From Brevinema sp. (GTDB taxonomy: Bacteria > Spirochaetota > Brevinematia > Brevinematales > Brevinemataceae), in assembly GCA_051649245.1 (NCBI GenBank), contig JBOFGS010000012.1, positions 104,510 through 168,509 on the forward strand: a stretch of 64,000 nucleotides of DNA, given 5' to 3'. Each line of letters starts with the position of its first letter. Positions within the stretch are counted from its first letter, which is position 1. Below, in pieces: positions 28,503-37,844 of the stretch. A program made the translations under genes and the position numbers. The notes under the pieces were generated by a model. It ran no database searches and was not told where the DNA came from. It saw only the letters and a list, made by a program, of their open reading frames with translations.

Positions 28503-28529
28503 AAAAAACTCCCAAATTAGGAGTTTTTT
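28503..28529. terminator. Bidirectional terminator between queH and the DUF368 gene
   Basis: AAAAAACTCC-caaatta-GGAGTTTTTT, with A and T runs on either side. Confidence 0.6.
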
Positions 28530-29431
28530 TATTTTTTAGGATTTAATTTTTCACTTTGAAGAGCTAGCACAATGCCGAGTATTGTTGTTGGTACGGCAAC
28601 TATCCAAGCTAGTACTGATGCTCTAGCAGTAGTCATTTGAATAATAACTTGTGCACAAGATGCGAGAACAAGTCCCATAATAACATAAAATGTTCCACCA
28701 GCTTTATTTTCAAGTAATTTTGCAATAATGAGTGTTGTCATAATCAGTCCAATGATTGCTCCTCCACCAATAATCCCAATAGGTACGATGGATCGCTCAT
28801 CAATATAGTGTAAAATATTTCCATATTCACCAAGAGCAACTAACAATGCTGAACCTGAGATTCCTGGAATAATCATTGTAGCAGCAGCAAGCATACCCAC
28901 AATCCCAAGCCATATAATCCGTCCAACATGTGGTAGTTCTATTTTAAAGAAGCCAAAATCGTTGATTAATGTTGTTGTGGTAGCGATATTATTGGTAGAT
29001 TCTTTTAAGGATGAAATCGCAAACAAAGCAGCAAATCCCATTATTAATAATCCTATTCTTAATACAGAAACACGTGTATCTTGTTGTAATTTTATGAGCA
29101 CAGGGATTGATCCTAAAATTAACCCAAGAAAAAATCCAAATGTTGGTACATAACTGAACGGTAATGGTGTACCTTCAGGAAGATCCACTCCTAATAAGAA
29201 TGAAATCAATTTTGCAAAAAGCAAAAATCCAATAACCACACCTGTGATAATTTTGGTTAAGAACAAAAGATATTCTTTTCTTTTTTCAGGTCTGATTAAA
29301 AAATATCCGATCGCTTCAGAGAGTTGTTGATAAATTCCAAGAATGAACGCCATGGTTCCTCCTGAAACACCAGGGATGATATTGGCAACACCTATAATCA
29401 TTCCTTTAATCATTAATATAATAGTATTCAT
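28529..29431 (-). CDS. DUF368-family membrane protein (family reported as undecaprenyl-phosphate translocase)
   Basis: Duplicated motif IPGVSGGTMAFILG / IPGISGSALLVALGEY in a ~10-TM protein. Confidence 0.75.
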   Translation of the reverse strand: MNTIILMIKGMIIGVANIIPGVSGGTMAFILGIYQQLSEAIGYFLIRPEKRKEYLLFLTKIITGVVIGFLLFAKLISFLLGVDLPEGTPLPFSYVPTFGFFLGLILGSIPVLIKLQQDTRVSVLRIGLLIMGFAALFAISSLKESTNNIATTTTLINDFGFFKIELPHVGRIIWLGIVGMLAAATMIIPGISGSALLVALGEYGNILHYIDERSIVPIGIIGGGAIIGLIMTTLIIAKLLENKAGGTFYVIMGLVLASCAQVIIQMTTARASVLAWIVAVPTTILGIVLALQSEKLNPKK

Positions 29432-29440
29432 ATATAATCC

Positions 29441-30403
29441 TTAAAATAGAGAAATAGCTTGATAAACATCATCCAATGTATTACTGCGAGCAAGACCTGA
29501 TCTTATATCAGAGGCTCCTTCAAAGCCATTCACTAAATTCATTAACGCTCCTCTCAGTGGTGTAATAGTACTGAATTTTGTAATGTTAACCCATAATTCT
29601 GCATATTCTTTGACTAAAGAAATTAATTCTTCAGCAGTTGGATTTGTGTAAGAGCCATATGTACAAAAATCGTTTATTTGTTTAAAGAGAAAAGGTTTTG
29701 CAATAGCTCCACGTCCTAACATAATACCGTCTGCTTTGTAATGTTCTAAGATAAATTTTGCATCTTCAGGTGTTTTAATGTCTCCATTTGCAATTAATAG
29801 TTTATCCGTGGCTTGGCGTGCTCTTCGAAAACGATCCCAATCAGCAGTTCCATGCAAAAATTTGTCTTTGGTCAAACGACAATGCAAAATAATCATATCA
29901 GCATCAGATTTATCAAGCGTTCCAATGATCTGATCAAGATTATCTTCATCAAATCCAGCACGAATTTTAGCTTCAACACTGACTCCTGTATCTTTAACAG
30001 CATTGATAATTGCTGCTATTTTATGAGGTTCTTTGAGTAGATGTGAACCTGCACCGTTTTTCATTACTTTTGGTGCAGGGCATCCAAAATTAATATTAAT
30101 AGATTTTACTCCAAATATTTTTTGGATTATTTTTGAAGCTTCTGCAAAACGACTGGGTTCTTCTTTTCCAAATAACTGAATAGATGTTAGATTGGGTGCA
30201 TCGGATATGTCAGCATAACGAAATGTTTTTTGTGAATCACGAAGTACTCCTTCGACGCTTACCATTTCTGTGATTGTGTATCCAGCACCAAATTTACGAC
30301 AAAAAATCCGCATTGGCATATGACTATACCCTGCTAAAGGTGCTAAAATAAGGTTGTTGATGGTGATAATTTCGCCAAAAGATAATGACTTTATCAACGA
30401 CAT
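29441..30403 (-). CDS. tRNA-dihydrouridine synthase
   Basis: LAPLAGYSHMPMRIFCRKFGAGYTITEMVS, INFGCPAPKV and GRGAIAKPFLF are Dus-family features. Confidence 0.85.
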   Translation of the reverse strand: MSLIKSLSFGEIITINNLILAPLAGYSHMPMRIFCRKFGAGYTITEMVSVEGVLRDSQKTFRYADISDAPNLTSIQLFGKEEPSRFAEASKIIQKIFGVKSININFGCPAPKVMKNGAGSHLLKEPHKIAAIINAVKDTGVSVEAKIRAGFDEDNLDQIIGTLDKSDADMIILHCRLTKDKFLHGTADWDRFRRARQATDKLLIANGDIKTPEDAKFILEHYKADGIMLGRGAIAKPFLFKQINDFCTYGSYTNPTAEELISLVKEYAELWVNITKFSTITPLRGALMNLVNGFEGASDIRSGLARSNTLDDVYQAISLF

Positions 30404-32046
30404 TACATGCTTCCTTTTTTGATACAGTAAAATTCGATATATTCTTTTTTGTCAATAAATTTTGTTGTGTGTACAAGAATTAAGCCAGATCTCTTTGCAA
30501 GCAATTCGCCTCCTTTTAAAGACGCTCTGAAAAATCCTTTTGAAAATGCGTGAGATTCTTCAATAGGAAGACGAAATGCAACCATTCCTCCTACAGCAAG
30601 CATATTACTGATTTTTTTGATATAAGATAGAGGATCTGGTAACAGATGTAATTTATCCCAAATCGTAATAATATGATAAATAGGTTCTGTTGCGTATAAT
30701 GTTTCCATTGAGTCAAAAATTTGAATATTGTTATCAAGTGCAATTCTTCTTGCAAAACTCGCTAATTCAACACCTTGAGCATTAAATCCATTATGACATG
30801 CTTCTTGGACAAAAATACCGTGATTCGCTCCAATATCTAATAATTTATAAAAACTATGATAGCTTGGGGTAGGAAGTAATTGTTTGATGAGTTTAATACG
30901 TCGATGACTGTCTTCTTTTTGTTCAAGGACAGCTACTTTATAACTTTGTTGTAGTTGTTCGTTGTTGGATCCAATAATACTATCCGAATCGATTGCTTCT
31001 TTTGGTTTATGTAAGCTATATGCATAGGAACTATTACAATTATTACACTTAAATCTATTGTCTTCGTCAGTTCTTAGCGATGCTGTTTTATTATGTGAAC
31101 CACATAAAGGACAGAAAGCAGATCTATTTGCGATATTGTCAGAAATATCAAGCCACCAATCTGCAAAGTGAAAATCATCTGGTTTTGGTAATTTTATTGC
31201 TTGTGTGTCTTCAACAGCATTACGGATTTGCTTTGTTGTAACAAAAATGCCAAATAAAATTTTCAATCCAGGAATTGCTTGTAAGTCAAGAGCTTGATTC
31301 CAAGTGTGTGCAACAGCAATAATTTTTTTATTCGAAGCCATAGCTTCCAATAAAGTCGATCCCGGACCACAAATAATAATATCATTTTCTTGGATATATG
31401 GGAGTAAACTGTCAACATCATGTAGAACCGTTATATGAGCATTTTCTTCTTCTTGAAAAGAATAATTGTTTAAAGCTCCTGTGATGACTGTAAGACTGTA
31501 ATGTTGATCCTTTAGTGCTCTGATAATTTTTCCTGTATTATTAAAGGGATCACTTCCGCCTAAACTAATTAAAATATTTCTGGGATTATAGTTTTCTTGT
31601 AATTCAAAATATTCTTCTTTAATAGGAGTTTGGAAGAGTTCTTTGAAGTTTGCATTTTTGATTTTTCTTGAAGGAAGAGGAGCAATAAAAACTTCAGAAC
31701 ATTTTCCAAGATTGGCATTATCTAAACTAATCATAGGTATATTTAAATTATTTAAAACATCAATGAATTTTGAATTGACGTAATCACAATCAGTTATCAT
31801 TAAATCAAAATATTTTCGAGTGACAACATTTTTTTGTTCAAGATTATCATTCATACTGGAAATTTCATAAGGGATATCTTTGAGTAATTTTTCAAGAGAA
31901 GAGGTATCTTTTAGATCTGTCAAAACCCAAACAAAAGGATCATTATAATAGTTACTAATTGTTAAAGCTCGTTTTAAATGTCCAATACCATATTTTTTGC
32001 CGGATTGAATAATAAATAATACAGATAAATTTCTTTTGGTGATCAT
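30403..32046 (-). CDS. Fusion protein: PseG/SpsG-like glycosyltransferase-fold domain, 4-Cys zinc ribbon and class I SAM methyltransferase
   Basis: N-terminus has KKYGIGHLKRALTISN, ILISLGGSDP and ICGPGSTLLEAMA (PseG/SpsG-like). The middle has CPLCGS...FKCNNCNS. The C-terminus has LLDIGANHGIFVQEA...GVELA. The ATGA overlaps the tsaD stop, and there is a 1-nt overlap with the dus start. Confidence 0.6.
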   Translation of the reverse strand: MITKRNLSVLFIIQSGKKYGIGHLKRALTISNYYNDPFVWVLTDLKDTSSLEKLLKDIPYEISSMNDNLEQKNVVTRKYFDLMITDCDYVNSKFIDVLNNLNIPMISLDNANLGKCSEVFIAPLPSRKIKNANFKELFQTPIKEEYFELQENYNPRNILISLGGSDPFNNTGKIIRALKDQHYSLTVITGALNNYSFQEEENAHITVLHDVDSLLPYIQENDIIICGPGSTLLEAMASNKKIIAVAHTWNQALDLQAIPGLKILFGIFVTTKQIRNAVEDTQAIKLPKPDDFHFADWWLDISDNIANRSAFCPLCGSHNKTASLRTDEDNRFKCNNCNSSYAYSLHKPKEAIDSDSIIGSNNEQLQQSYKVAVLEQKEDSHRRIKLIKQLLPTPSYHSFYKLLDIGANHGIFVQEACHNGFNAQGVELASFARRIALDNNIQIFDSMETLYATEPIYHIITIWDKLHLLPDPLSYIKKISNMLAVGGMVAFRLPIEESHAFSKGFFRASLKGGELLAKRSGLILVHTTKFIDKKEYIEFYCIKKGSM

Positions 32047-33050
32047 AAGCGTTTTCCTTTTGTTATTACTGGTAATCTAGCGTAACTCTTGTGAGATTGT
32101 GTGAGGTGTTTGTTATTGTTGAAATCAATATAAGCTCTACCTGCTACCATCGCAGCATTGTCACCACACAAAGCTAAAGGTGTATGAAATATTTGGTAGC
32201 CTTTCTTGATTAATAAATCTAATTCTTGTCGAAGTTTTAAATTTGCAGCAACACCACCAACAGTAATAATAGTTTTAATGTTAGTGTCATTTAAAACATT
32301 TTTTATTTTTTTTAATAAACTAAGAACGACTGTTTTTTGAAATGAAGCACAAATATCCTCAATTGGATACGGTGGTGTCAGTTCTCTTAAGCGATAATAA
32401 ACAGCTGTTTTAAGACCACTGTAACTAAAATGATAACGATCTTTTGGATTGTCAGCTAACCCTAATGGTAATTTCCAAAAGTTTTCATTACCATTTTCAG
32501 CATATTGTTGAATGATCGGTCCACCAGGATAGCCCAATCCAAGCATTTTTGCTACCTTATCAAATGACTCTCCAACAGCATCATCTATTGTTGTTCCAAG
32601 TATTTCTCTATCTATATGAGAATTAACCTTGATTAATAATGTGTGTCCTCCGGAACAAACTAACGCAATATGTGGAAAAGGAATATCTTGGCTAAGATGT
32701 GGTGTATAAAGATGAGCCTCAATATGATCAATAGGTATAAATGGTTTTTTCAAAGCAACAGCAAGAGCTTTACCTGTCATCGATCCTATCACCAACGATC
32801 CAATTAATCCAGGTCCTACGGTACTTGCAATCACATCTATTTCTGACAACGATAGATCGCCAAGAGTATCTTTAATAATCGGAAGGATGGTCATTAAATG
32901 ATTTCGAGATGCAATTTCAGGAACTACTCCGGAAAATGGAGCATGTAGTTTTGTTTGAGAGAAAATAGTTTGGCGAATAATTTCTTTTCCATTGCGAACA
33001 AGAGCCACCGCACATTCATCACAAGAACTCTCAATACCTAATATAAGCAT
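32043..33050 (-). CDS. tsaD: tRNA N6-adenosine threonylcarbamoyltransferase
   Basis: MLILGIESSCDECAVALV, IDHIEAHL and GGVAAN are present. Confidence 0.9.
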   Translation of the reverse strand: MLILGIESSCDECAVALVRNGKEIIRQTIFSQTKLHAPFSGVVPEIASRNHLMTILPIIKDTLGDLSLSEIDVIASTVGPGLIGSLVIGSMTGKALAVALKKPFIPIDHIEAHLYTPHLSQDIPFPHIALVCSGGHTLLIKVNSHIDREILGTTIDDAVGESFDKVAKMLGLGYPGGPIIQQYAENGNENFWKLPLGLADNPKDRYHFSYSGLKTAVYYRLRELTPPYPIEDICASFQKTVVLSLLKKIKNVLNDTNIKTIITVGGVAANLKLRQELDLLIKKGYQIFHTPLALCGDNAAMVAGRAYIDFNNNKHLTQSHKSYARLPVITKGKRL

Positions 33051-33129
33051 CTATATACCTACCAAAGTATTTGTCTTTATATTATAACAGATTTTTTATT
33101 AAAATTCAAGAATCATTTACATATCACAA

Positions 33130-34422
33130 TCATGAGTGATCAAGTAATGACAGTAAGTTTAGGTAGTGTATTTTTGATGAAGCAAGAGGGTAGAGTATTT
33201 GCAAATTATTTTCATGATAGTTATCAAAGATAATTTGTTTATTGTTATAATAAGTGACAAGAGATTTTAATATGGGGGAAAGGTTTTTTATTTGTTGCTT
33301 TTCGATATTATTGATCAATATAATCATATCCGATAAGTTGATTTCTCGTGCTAAAAATTCCCAATCACGTTCTGTAGTGATATATTTTTTGAGGAGTGTT
33401 TCAAACGATTCCCCTGAATGTCGACTCTCAAATAATCCTAATTTTTCGAGAATGATATTGAATGGTTTGATATGACTTTTTTGTATATCATCTAATAGAC
33501 GGACTTGTCCTTCTTTTGAAAAAGCATTTTTTATAATTTTGGTATTTTCGGCAGGGCTGATCTTGAGAAAAGATAGAAGTTCGTGATAAGGAAGCTGATT
33601 GACAAATGTATAAAATTGAGGGCTTTGGTGATGCTTTTGAATAAATGTTAAGGAACTTAACATGATATTTTTGCTACTTTTAAATATAAAATTGTTTAAA
33701 CGTTTATGATAAATAAGTTCATATTCTTCCAAAGCCTGAATCTGTTGTTTTTTTTTGAAGAATAGTAGGATATTTCGTTCAATAATATAATAGATTACTT
33801 TTGTTAAAGAGTCAGGCAATTCATTAATTTTTTTCATTTCCTCATTTAAAGTTTCTGATATACGAGATGAAAAATAATTGTTTGGTGATGGGAGTCCTAT
33901 ATGGACAAAAAAAATAGCAAGCATTTGCAAGGATACAAGATTATGAGATAACATTTGATTGAATAAGTTAGATAAGTGAATATATGACATCTTGTTCCAA
34001 ATACATTCATCAAGCAGACGAGGTTGATAACGAAATAATTCTTTATCAAAGTCTTTAATAGTAGATTCATGATAAGTATTTATTATTAAAGATAATTTTT
34101 TAGCTAAGTATGTAAGAAATTCAACAGAAAAAATGAATTGAAAATGATGATTTTTAAAATCGATATGGACTTTTTTGGTATCAGTAATAAAACGATCAAT
34201 AGGGGTATCTTCCATGATAAAAATATCAATATGCACACACTGAGAAATGGTTTGGAGTTGTTTTTTTAGGATGTCTGTAATATTTGGATTGTCAGAATAA
34301 TTTAAGGTGATATAGAACAAATCATCATCAAGATGAATGCAGATAAGGCTATTTTTCTGATAAAGGGCGCTATGAGGAATAATATTTGCAGAAGGCAAAA
34401 GAGATTGGATAATTTTTTTCAT
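33130..34422 (-). CDS. Hypothetical helical protein with weak FliG-C-like motif
   Basis: LLSFLKISPAENTKIIKNAFSKEGQVRLLDDIQ loosely resembles the FliG segment LALALKGAS..L.EKIF.NMSKRAA..L.EDLE. This is by eye only. Confidence 0.4.
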   Translation of the reverse strand: MKKIIQSLLPSANIIPHSALYQKNSLICIHLDDDLFYITLNYSDNPNITDILKKQLQTISQCVHIDIFIMEDTPIDRFITDTKKVHIDFKNHHFQFIFSVEFLTYLAKKLSLIINTYHESTIKDFDKELFRYQPRLLDECIWNKMSYIHLSNLFNQMLSHNLVSLQMLAIFFVHIGLPSPNNYFSSRISETLNEEMKKINELPDSLTKVIYYIIERNILLFFKKKQQIQALEEYELIYHKRLNNFIFKSSKNIMLSSLTFIQKHHQSPQFYTFVNQLPYHELLSFLKISPAENTKIIKNAFSKEGQVRLLDDIQKSHIKPFNIILEKLGLFESRHSGESFETLLKKYITTERDWEFLAREINLSDMIILINNIEKQQIKNLSPILKSLVTYYNNKQIIFDNYHENNLQILYPLASSKIHYLNLLSLLDHS

Positions 34423-34445
34423 CAGCTTTATAACCTTTTATATAA

Positions 34446-34472
34446 AAAAGATCCTTATTAAAAGGATCTTTT
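34446..34472 (-). terminator. Terminator after the tRNA-Lys/tRNA-Asn pair
   Basis: Minus strand reads AAAGATCCTT-ttaat-AAGGATCTTT followed by TTTATAT. It ends only ~24 nt before the next start codon. Confidence 0.6.
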
Positions 34473-34475
34473 CTG

Positions 34476-34548
<73 letters not shown>

Positions 34549-34553
34549 AAAAA

Positions 34554-34626
34554 TGAATCGCCTGGGGTTCGAACCCAGGACCCCGTGATTAAAAGTCACG
34601 TGCTCTACCAACTGAGCTAGCGATCC
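34554..34626 (-). tRNA. tRNA-Lys (anticodon TTT)
   Basis: GGATCGC-TA-GCTC-AGTTGGTA-GAGC-A-CGTGA-CTTTTAA-TCACG-GGGTC-CTGGG-TTCGAAC-CCCAG-GCGATTC-A. Confidence 0.9.
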
Positions 34627-34645
34627 AACGCATTAACGTATCAAT

Positions 34646-34680
34646 ATTTTATCACATTTTGCTTTGATTGTCAATACTTT
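34646..34680 (-). promoter_or_regulatory. tRNA-Lys/Asn promoter: AAAGTATTGACA-17-TAAAAT
   Basis: TTGACA is at 34674..34669 and TAAAAT at 34651..34646. The 12-mer AAAGTATTGACA spans 34680..34669. Confidence 0.65.
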
Positions 34681-34696
34681 TTAATATTTTTTTAGA

Positions 34697-35575
34697 TTAT
34701 TTTGCGGAATTTTTTAGTTTCCAAAGTTCATATGTAATTGGTGAAGCAACAAAAATAGAAGAATAGGTTCCACTAATAATTCCAATAACCAATAATAATC
34801 CAAAATTTCGTAATGTATCTCCAGCCCATACAAAAATAGCTATAGCAATAAATAACGTAGTAATGGATGTTAAAATAGTACGATTTAGTGATAATTTAAT
34901 ACTTTTGTTGATGATTTCTGATAGATCTTCGTTTGGGGTGATGCTATGATTTTCTCTAATACGGTCAAAAATCACAATAGTATCGTTAATCGAATATCCG
35001 AGAATTGTCAAAAATGCGGCTAATATCGTAAGATCAACAGGGATAGACAATAAAATTGTGAAAATTAATAAAATTACCATATCATGAATAAGGGCCCCAA
35101 TAGCTCCAAGACCATACATAAAATCAAAGCGAAATGCAACATACACTAAAATTAATGCAACAACAATAGCTAATAATCTAAGAGATTGTTTTACAAAATT
35201 ATCACCAACACTAGGTCCAATAAATTCAGAAGCAAGGATTTGTACTTGATCTTTTCCTAATTGTTTAACAACAGGATCTAACAAATATTGTCCTGATCCT
35301 TCTTTTTGTAATTCAGAGGGAGCTGTCAATAAAAAACTTTGTTGTTGGTCTGGTTTTTGGAAAGTAGTAATTGCTATTTTATTGTTATCAATCATCTTTC
35401 TTAACGATTCTACATCAGAAGGAGCCGTAAATTCAATACGAATTCCTCCAGAAAAATCGGTACCTAGTTTTATTCCTTTTGTAACATACATGACAAGACC
35501 ACTGAGCGTAAGAATTACAAAAAGTACAAGAGCGATAATTCGGTATTTCAAAAAATCAACGTGTTTTTCTTGCAT
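34697..35575 (-). CDS. secF: Protein translocase subunit SecF
   Basis: LGTDFSGG, YSINDTIVIFDRIREN and six TM segments. Confidence 0.9.
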   Translation of the reverse strand: MQEKHVDFLKYRIIALVLFVILTLSGLVMYVTKGIKLGTDFSGGIRIEFTAPSDVESLRKMIDNNKIAITTFQKPDQQQSFLLTAPSELQKEGSGQYLLDPVVKQLGKDQVQILASEFIGPSVGDNFVKQSLRLLAIVVALILVYVAFRFDFMYGLGAIGALIHDMVILLIFTILLSIPVDLTILAAFLTILGYSINDTIVIFDRIRENHSITPNEDLSEIINKSIKLSLNRTILTSITTLFIAIAIFVWAGDTLRNFGLLLVIGIISGTYSSIFVASPITYELWKLKNSAK

Positions 35576-35583
35576 GATGACTC

Positions 35584-37119
35584 CTATATTTTCATTTCTT
35601 TATTTTTTTGTATAAAGCTTTCTAAAATCAATTTGCTTACGAATAACGAAGTGAAAATATTTGAAATAATCCCATATGCTAATGTAGAACCAAATCCTTT
35701 AATGGCACCAGATCCAAATACAGACAATGATAATGCTGCAATGAGTGTCGTAAGATTTGAATCCCAAATAGTTGCAGACGCTTGTTCGTAGGCGTTATGA
35801 AAAGCATTTAAAAAATTACGTGAACGTTTTTGTTCTTCGCGAATTCTTTCATAAATAATGATGTTTGCGTCAACAGCCATACCAACTGTTAATGCAATAC
35901 CTGCAATACCTGCTAATGTTAATGTAGCTCCTATCCCAGAAAGAATTGAAATTAAGAACAATACGTTCAATGATAATGCAATAGATGCCACAATGCCAGC
36001 CAAACGATACCAAAAAATCATAAACAACACAACAGCTAATGCACCAAAAGTAAGTGCTTGTAATCCTTTTTTAATAGAATCAGCTCCAAGCTGAGGTCCA
36101 ATTACACGTTCTTCGATTATCTTCAAACGAACAGGCAATGCCCCTGCTTCTAGAATATTTGCCAAATATGATGCTTCTTGCTGAGTAAATGTTCCTGAAA
36201 TTTGACCTCGACCACTAGGAATCTCACCTTGGATAACGGGTGCACTTCTTACTCTGTCGTCAAGAATAATGGCAAGTTGTTTGTTAATATTATTCTTTGT
36301 AATGTCTGCAAATATTTCGCCTCCTTCATCAGTTAAGGTAAACGAAACAACATTTCTTCCTAAATTATCCGTATCAATATTTGCTGATTTAATGGAGGTA
36401 CCGTCAAGTTCAATTTTGTTGTGAACCAAATACCATCCTTTAAGCTGAGGAATATCCGATGTGTCGTTTTCCCAATAAGAAACCCATTCAGAATCTTTTG
36501 GCAAAATAAAAGAAATAGGAATTTCTTCACGAGATGTAATACCGTATTGACCACTTGTTGGAACACCTTGATTGGCAAGAGCGTTCATAAGTTCTTGGTT
36601 TACAAAACGTAATTCTAATTTTCCCACTTGTGATAATGCTTCTTTAAGCAGATTAGGATCACTGACACCTGGAAGCTCAATGGTAATTTTACCATCGTAT
36701 GTTGAACGAATAGAAGGCTCAGCTACACCAAATGCATCAATACGATTTTTTAAGATCTCTAGAGCTCTTGTTAACGCATTGGATTTTTCTGCTTCAAAAC
36801 TTTTTTCAACAGCTTCTTCATCATAATCATTTTGTTGTAGTAATTGTTCTTTGAGATCTTTTTCATCAGGAACAGTCGCAACATAAACACCACCTTGAAG
36901 ATCTAAGCCTAATGATAATGTTTTTGAGCGAATTTTTTTTAATTTTTGCACATATTCTTTAGTCTCCTGATCTGCTACAGCTAATTCATCAGCTGTCATA
37001 CTGATTAATGCTCTATCTTCTACAGAAATCAACTTATACCATTGGTATGTAGGATATAATCCATACAACGCAAATGCAATAAGTGCAAAAAGAATGATAT
37101 AACGAAATAATTTATTCAT
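35584..37119 (-). CDS. secD: Protein translocase subunit SecD
   Basis: LGLDLQGG, a large periplasmic domain, and GMAVDANIIIYERIREE in the C-terminal TM bundle. Confidence 0.9.
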   Translation of the reverse strand: MNKLFRYIILFALIAFALYGLYPTYQWYKLISVEDRALISMTADELAVADQETKEYVQKLKKIRSKTLSLGLDLQGGVYVATVPDEKDLKEQLLQQNDYDEEAVEKSFEAEKSNALTRALEILKNRIDAFGVAEPSIRSTYDGKITIELPGVSDPNLLKEALSQVGKLELRFVNQELMNALANQGVPTSGQYGITSREEIPISFILPKDSEWVSYWENDTSDIPQLKGWYLVHNKIELDGTSIKSANIDTDNLGRNVVSFTLTDEGGEIFADITKNNINKQLAIILDDRVRSAPVIQGEIPSGRGQISGTFTQQEASYLANILEAGALPVRLKIIEERVIGPQLGADSIKKGLQALTFGALAVVLFMIFWYRLAGIVASIALSLNVLFLISILSGIGATLTLAGIAGIALTVGMAVDANIIIYERIREEQKRSRNFLNAFHNAYEQASATIWDSNLTTLIAALSLSVFGSGAIKGFGSTLAYGIISNIFTSLFVSKLILESFIQKNKEMKI

Positions 37120-37141
37120 TTATTTCTATCCTTTGAGATAT

Positions 37142-37483
37142 TTATTCTATTTTTCCATTGTCAAGAACAGCTGCAATTCCTGATTTTACAATTTCAAATT
37201 TACTATCAATCGATTTGATATAGACAGTTTTTTCGCCAATAAAATCAACTGTTCCGATGATATTTCCTACAGTAACAACACGATCCCCTTGCTTAAGACC
37301 TTCAATTTGTTTTTGTAATTTTTTTCGTTTTCGGCTATCAGGCAAAAAAACCAAAAAATACATAAACACAACCATCAAAATAATAGGTAAAAATCCACCA
37401 AATCCACCAAATCCACCAACTGCAGGGGTACCAGCAGTCGCTGTAGTAGCTGTTGGTGCTAATTGAAAAAATAATCCTAACAT
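37142..37483 (-). CDS. yajC: Preprotein translocase subunit YajC with a Gly/Thr/Ala-rich N-terminal extension
   Basis: FLPIILMVVFMYFLVFLPDSRKRKKLQKQIEGLKQGDRVVTVGNIIGTV. AAGGAG lies 7 nt before the ATG. Confidence 0.8.
   Translation of the reverse strand: MLGLFFQLAPTATTATAGTPAVGGFGGFGGFLPIILMVVFMYFLVFLPDSRKRKKLQKQIEGLKQGDRVVTVGNIIGTVDFIGEKTVYIKSIDSKFEIVKSGIAAVLDNGKIE
37392..37418. repeat. Perfect 3 x 9 bp tandem repeat inside yajC
   Basis: AAATCCACC occurs three times on the plus strand and encodes (GGF)x3 in the YajC N-terminal extension. Confidence 0.9.
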
Positions 37484-37597
37484 AGTTAGACTCCTTCTAT
37501 AGTATACTTTTATTCAAACATACAATCTATAAGATATATTTTAGCATTTTTCTATAATTATGTAAAATTATGAACCTTATATTTAAAGAATCATAAA

Positions 37598-37627
37598 AAA
37601 ATCTCCTAGATTATTCTAGGAGATTTT
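37598..37627 (-). terminator. Terminator after tRNA-Gly
   Basis: Minus strand reads AAAATCTCCTAGA-ataa-TCTAGGAGATTTT (13-bp stem) followed by a T-run. Confidence 0.7.
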
Positions 37628-37630
37628 CTG

Positions 37631-37701
37631 AGCGGCTGGGGAGAATCGAACTCCCCGCATTAGCTTGGAAGGCTAAGGTATTACCACTATACGACAGCCG
37701 C
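37631..37701 (-). tRNA. tRNA-Gly (anticodon TCC)
   Basis: GCGGCTG-TC-GTAT-AGTGGTA-ATAC-C-TTAGC-CTTCCAA-GCTAA-variable-GGGAG-TTCGATT-CTCCC-CAGCCGC-T. Confidence 0.85.
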
Positions 37702-37714
37702 TTATTATAATCAT

Positions 37715-37749
37715 ATTTTAACAAAAAAAATAACCTTTGTCAATACTTT
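37715..37749 (-). promoter_or_regulatory. tRNA-Gly promoter: AAAGTATTGACA-17-TAAAAT
   Basis: TTGACA is at 37743..37738 and TAAAAT at 37720..37715. The 12-mer spans 37749..37738. Confidence 0.65.
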
Positions 37750-37844
37750 TGATAAATTTTTATATATTATTTCAATATTGTATTATTTATTTTGTTCAAT
37801 CATGATATTTTTTAGTAATCTTATGAGAAGAATCTTAATGTTAT

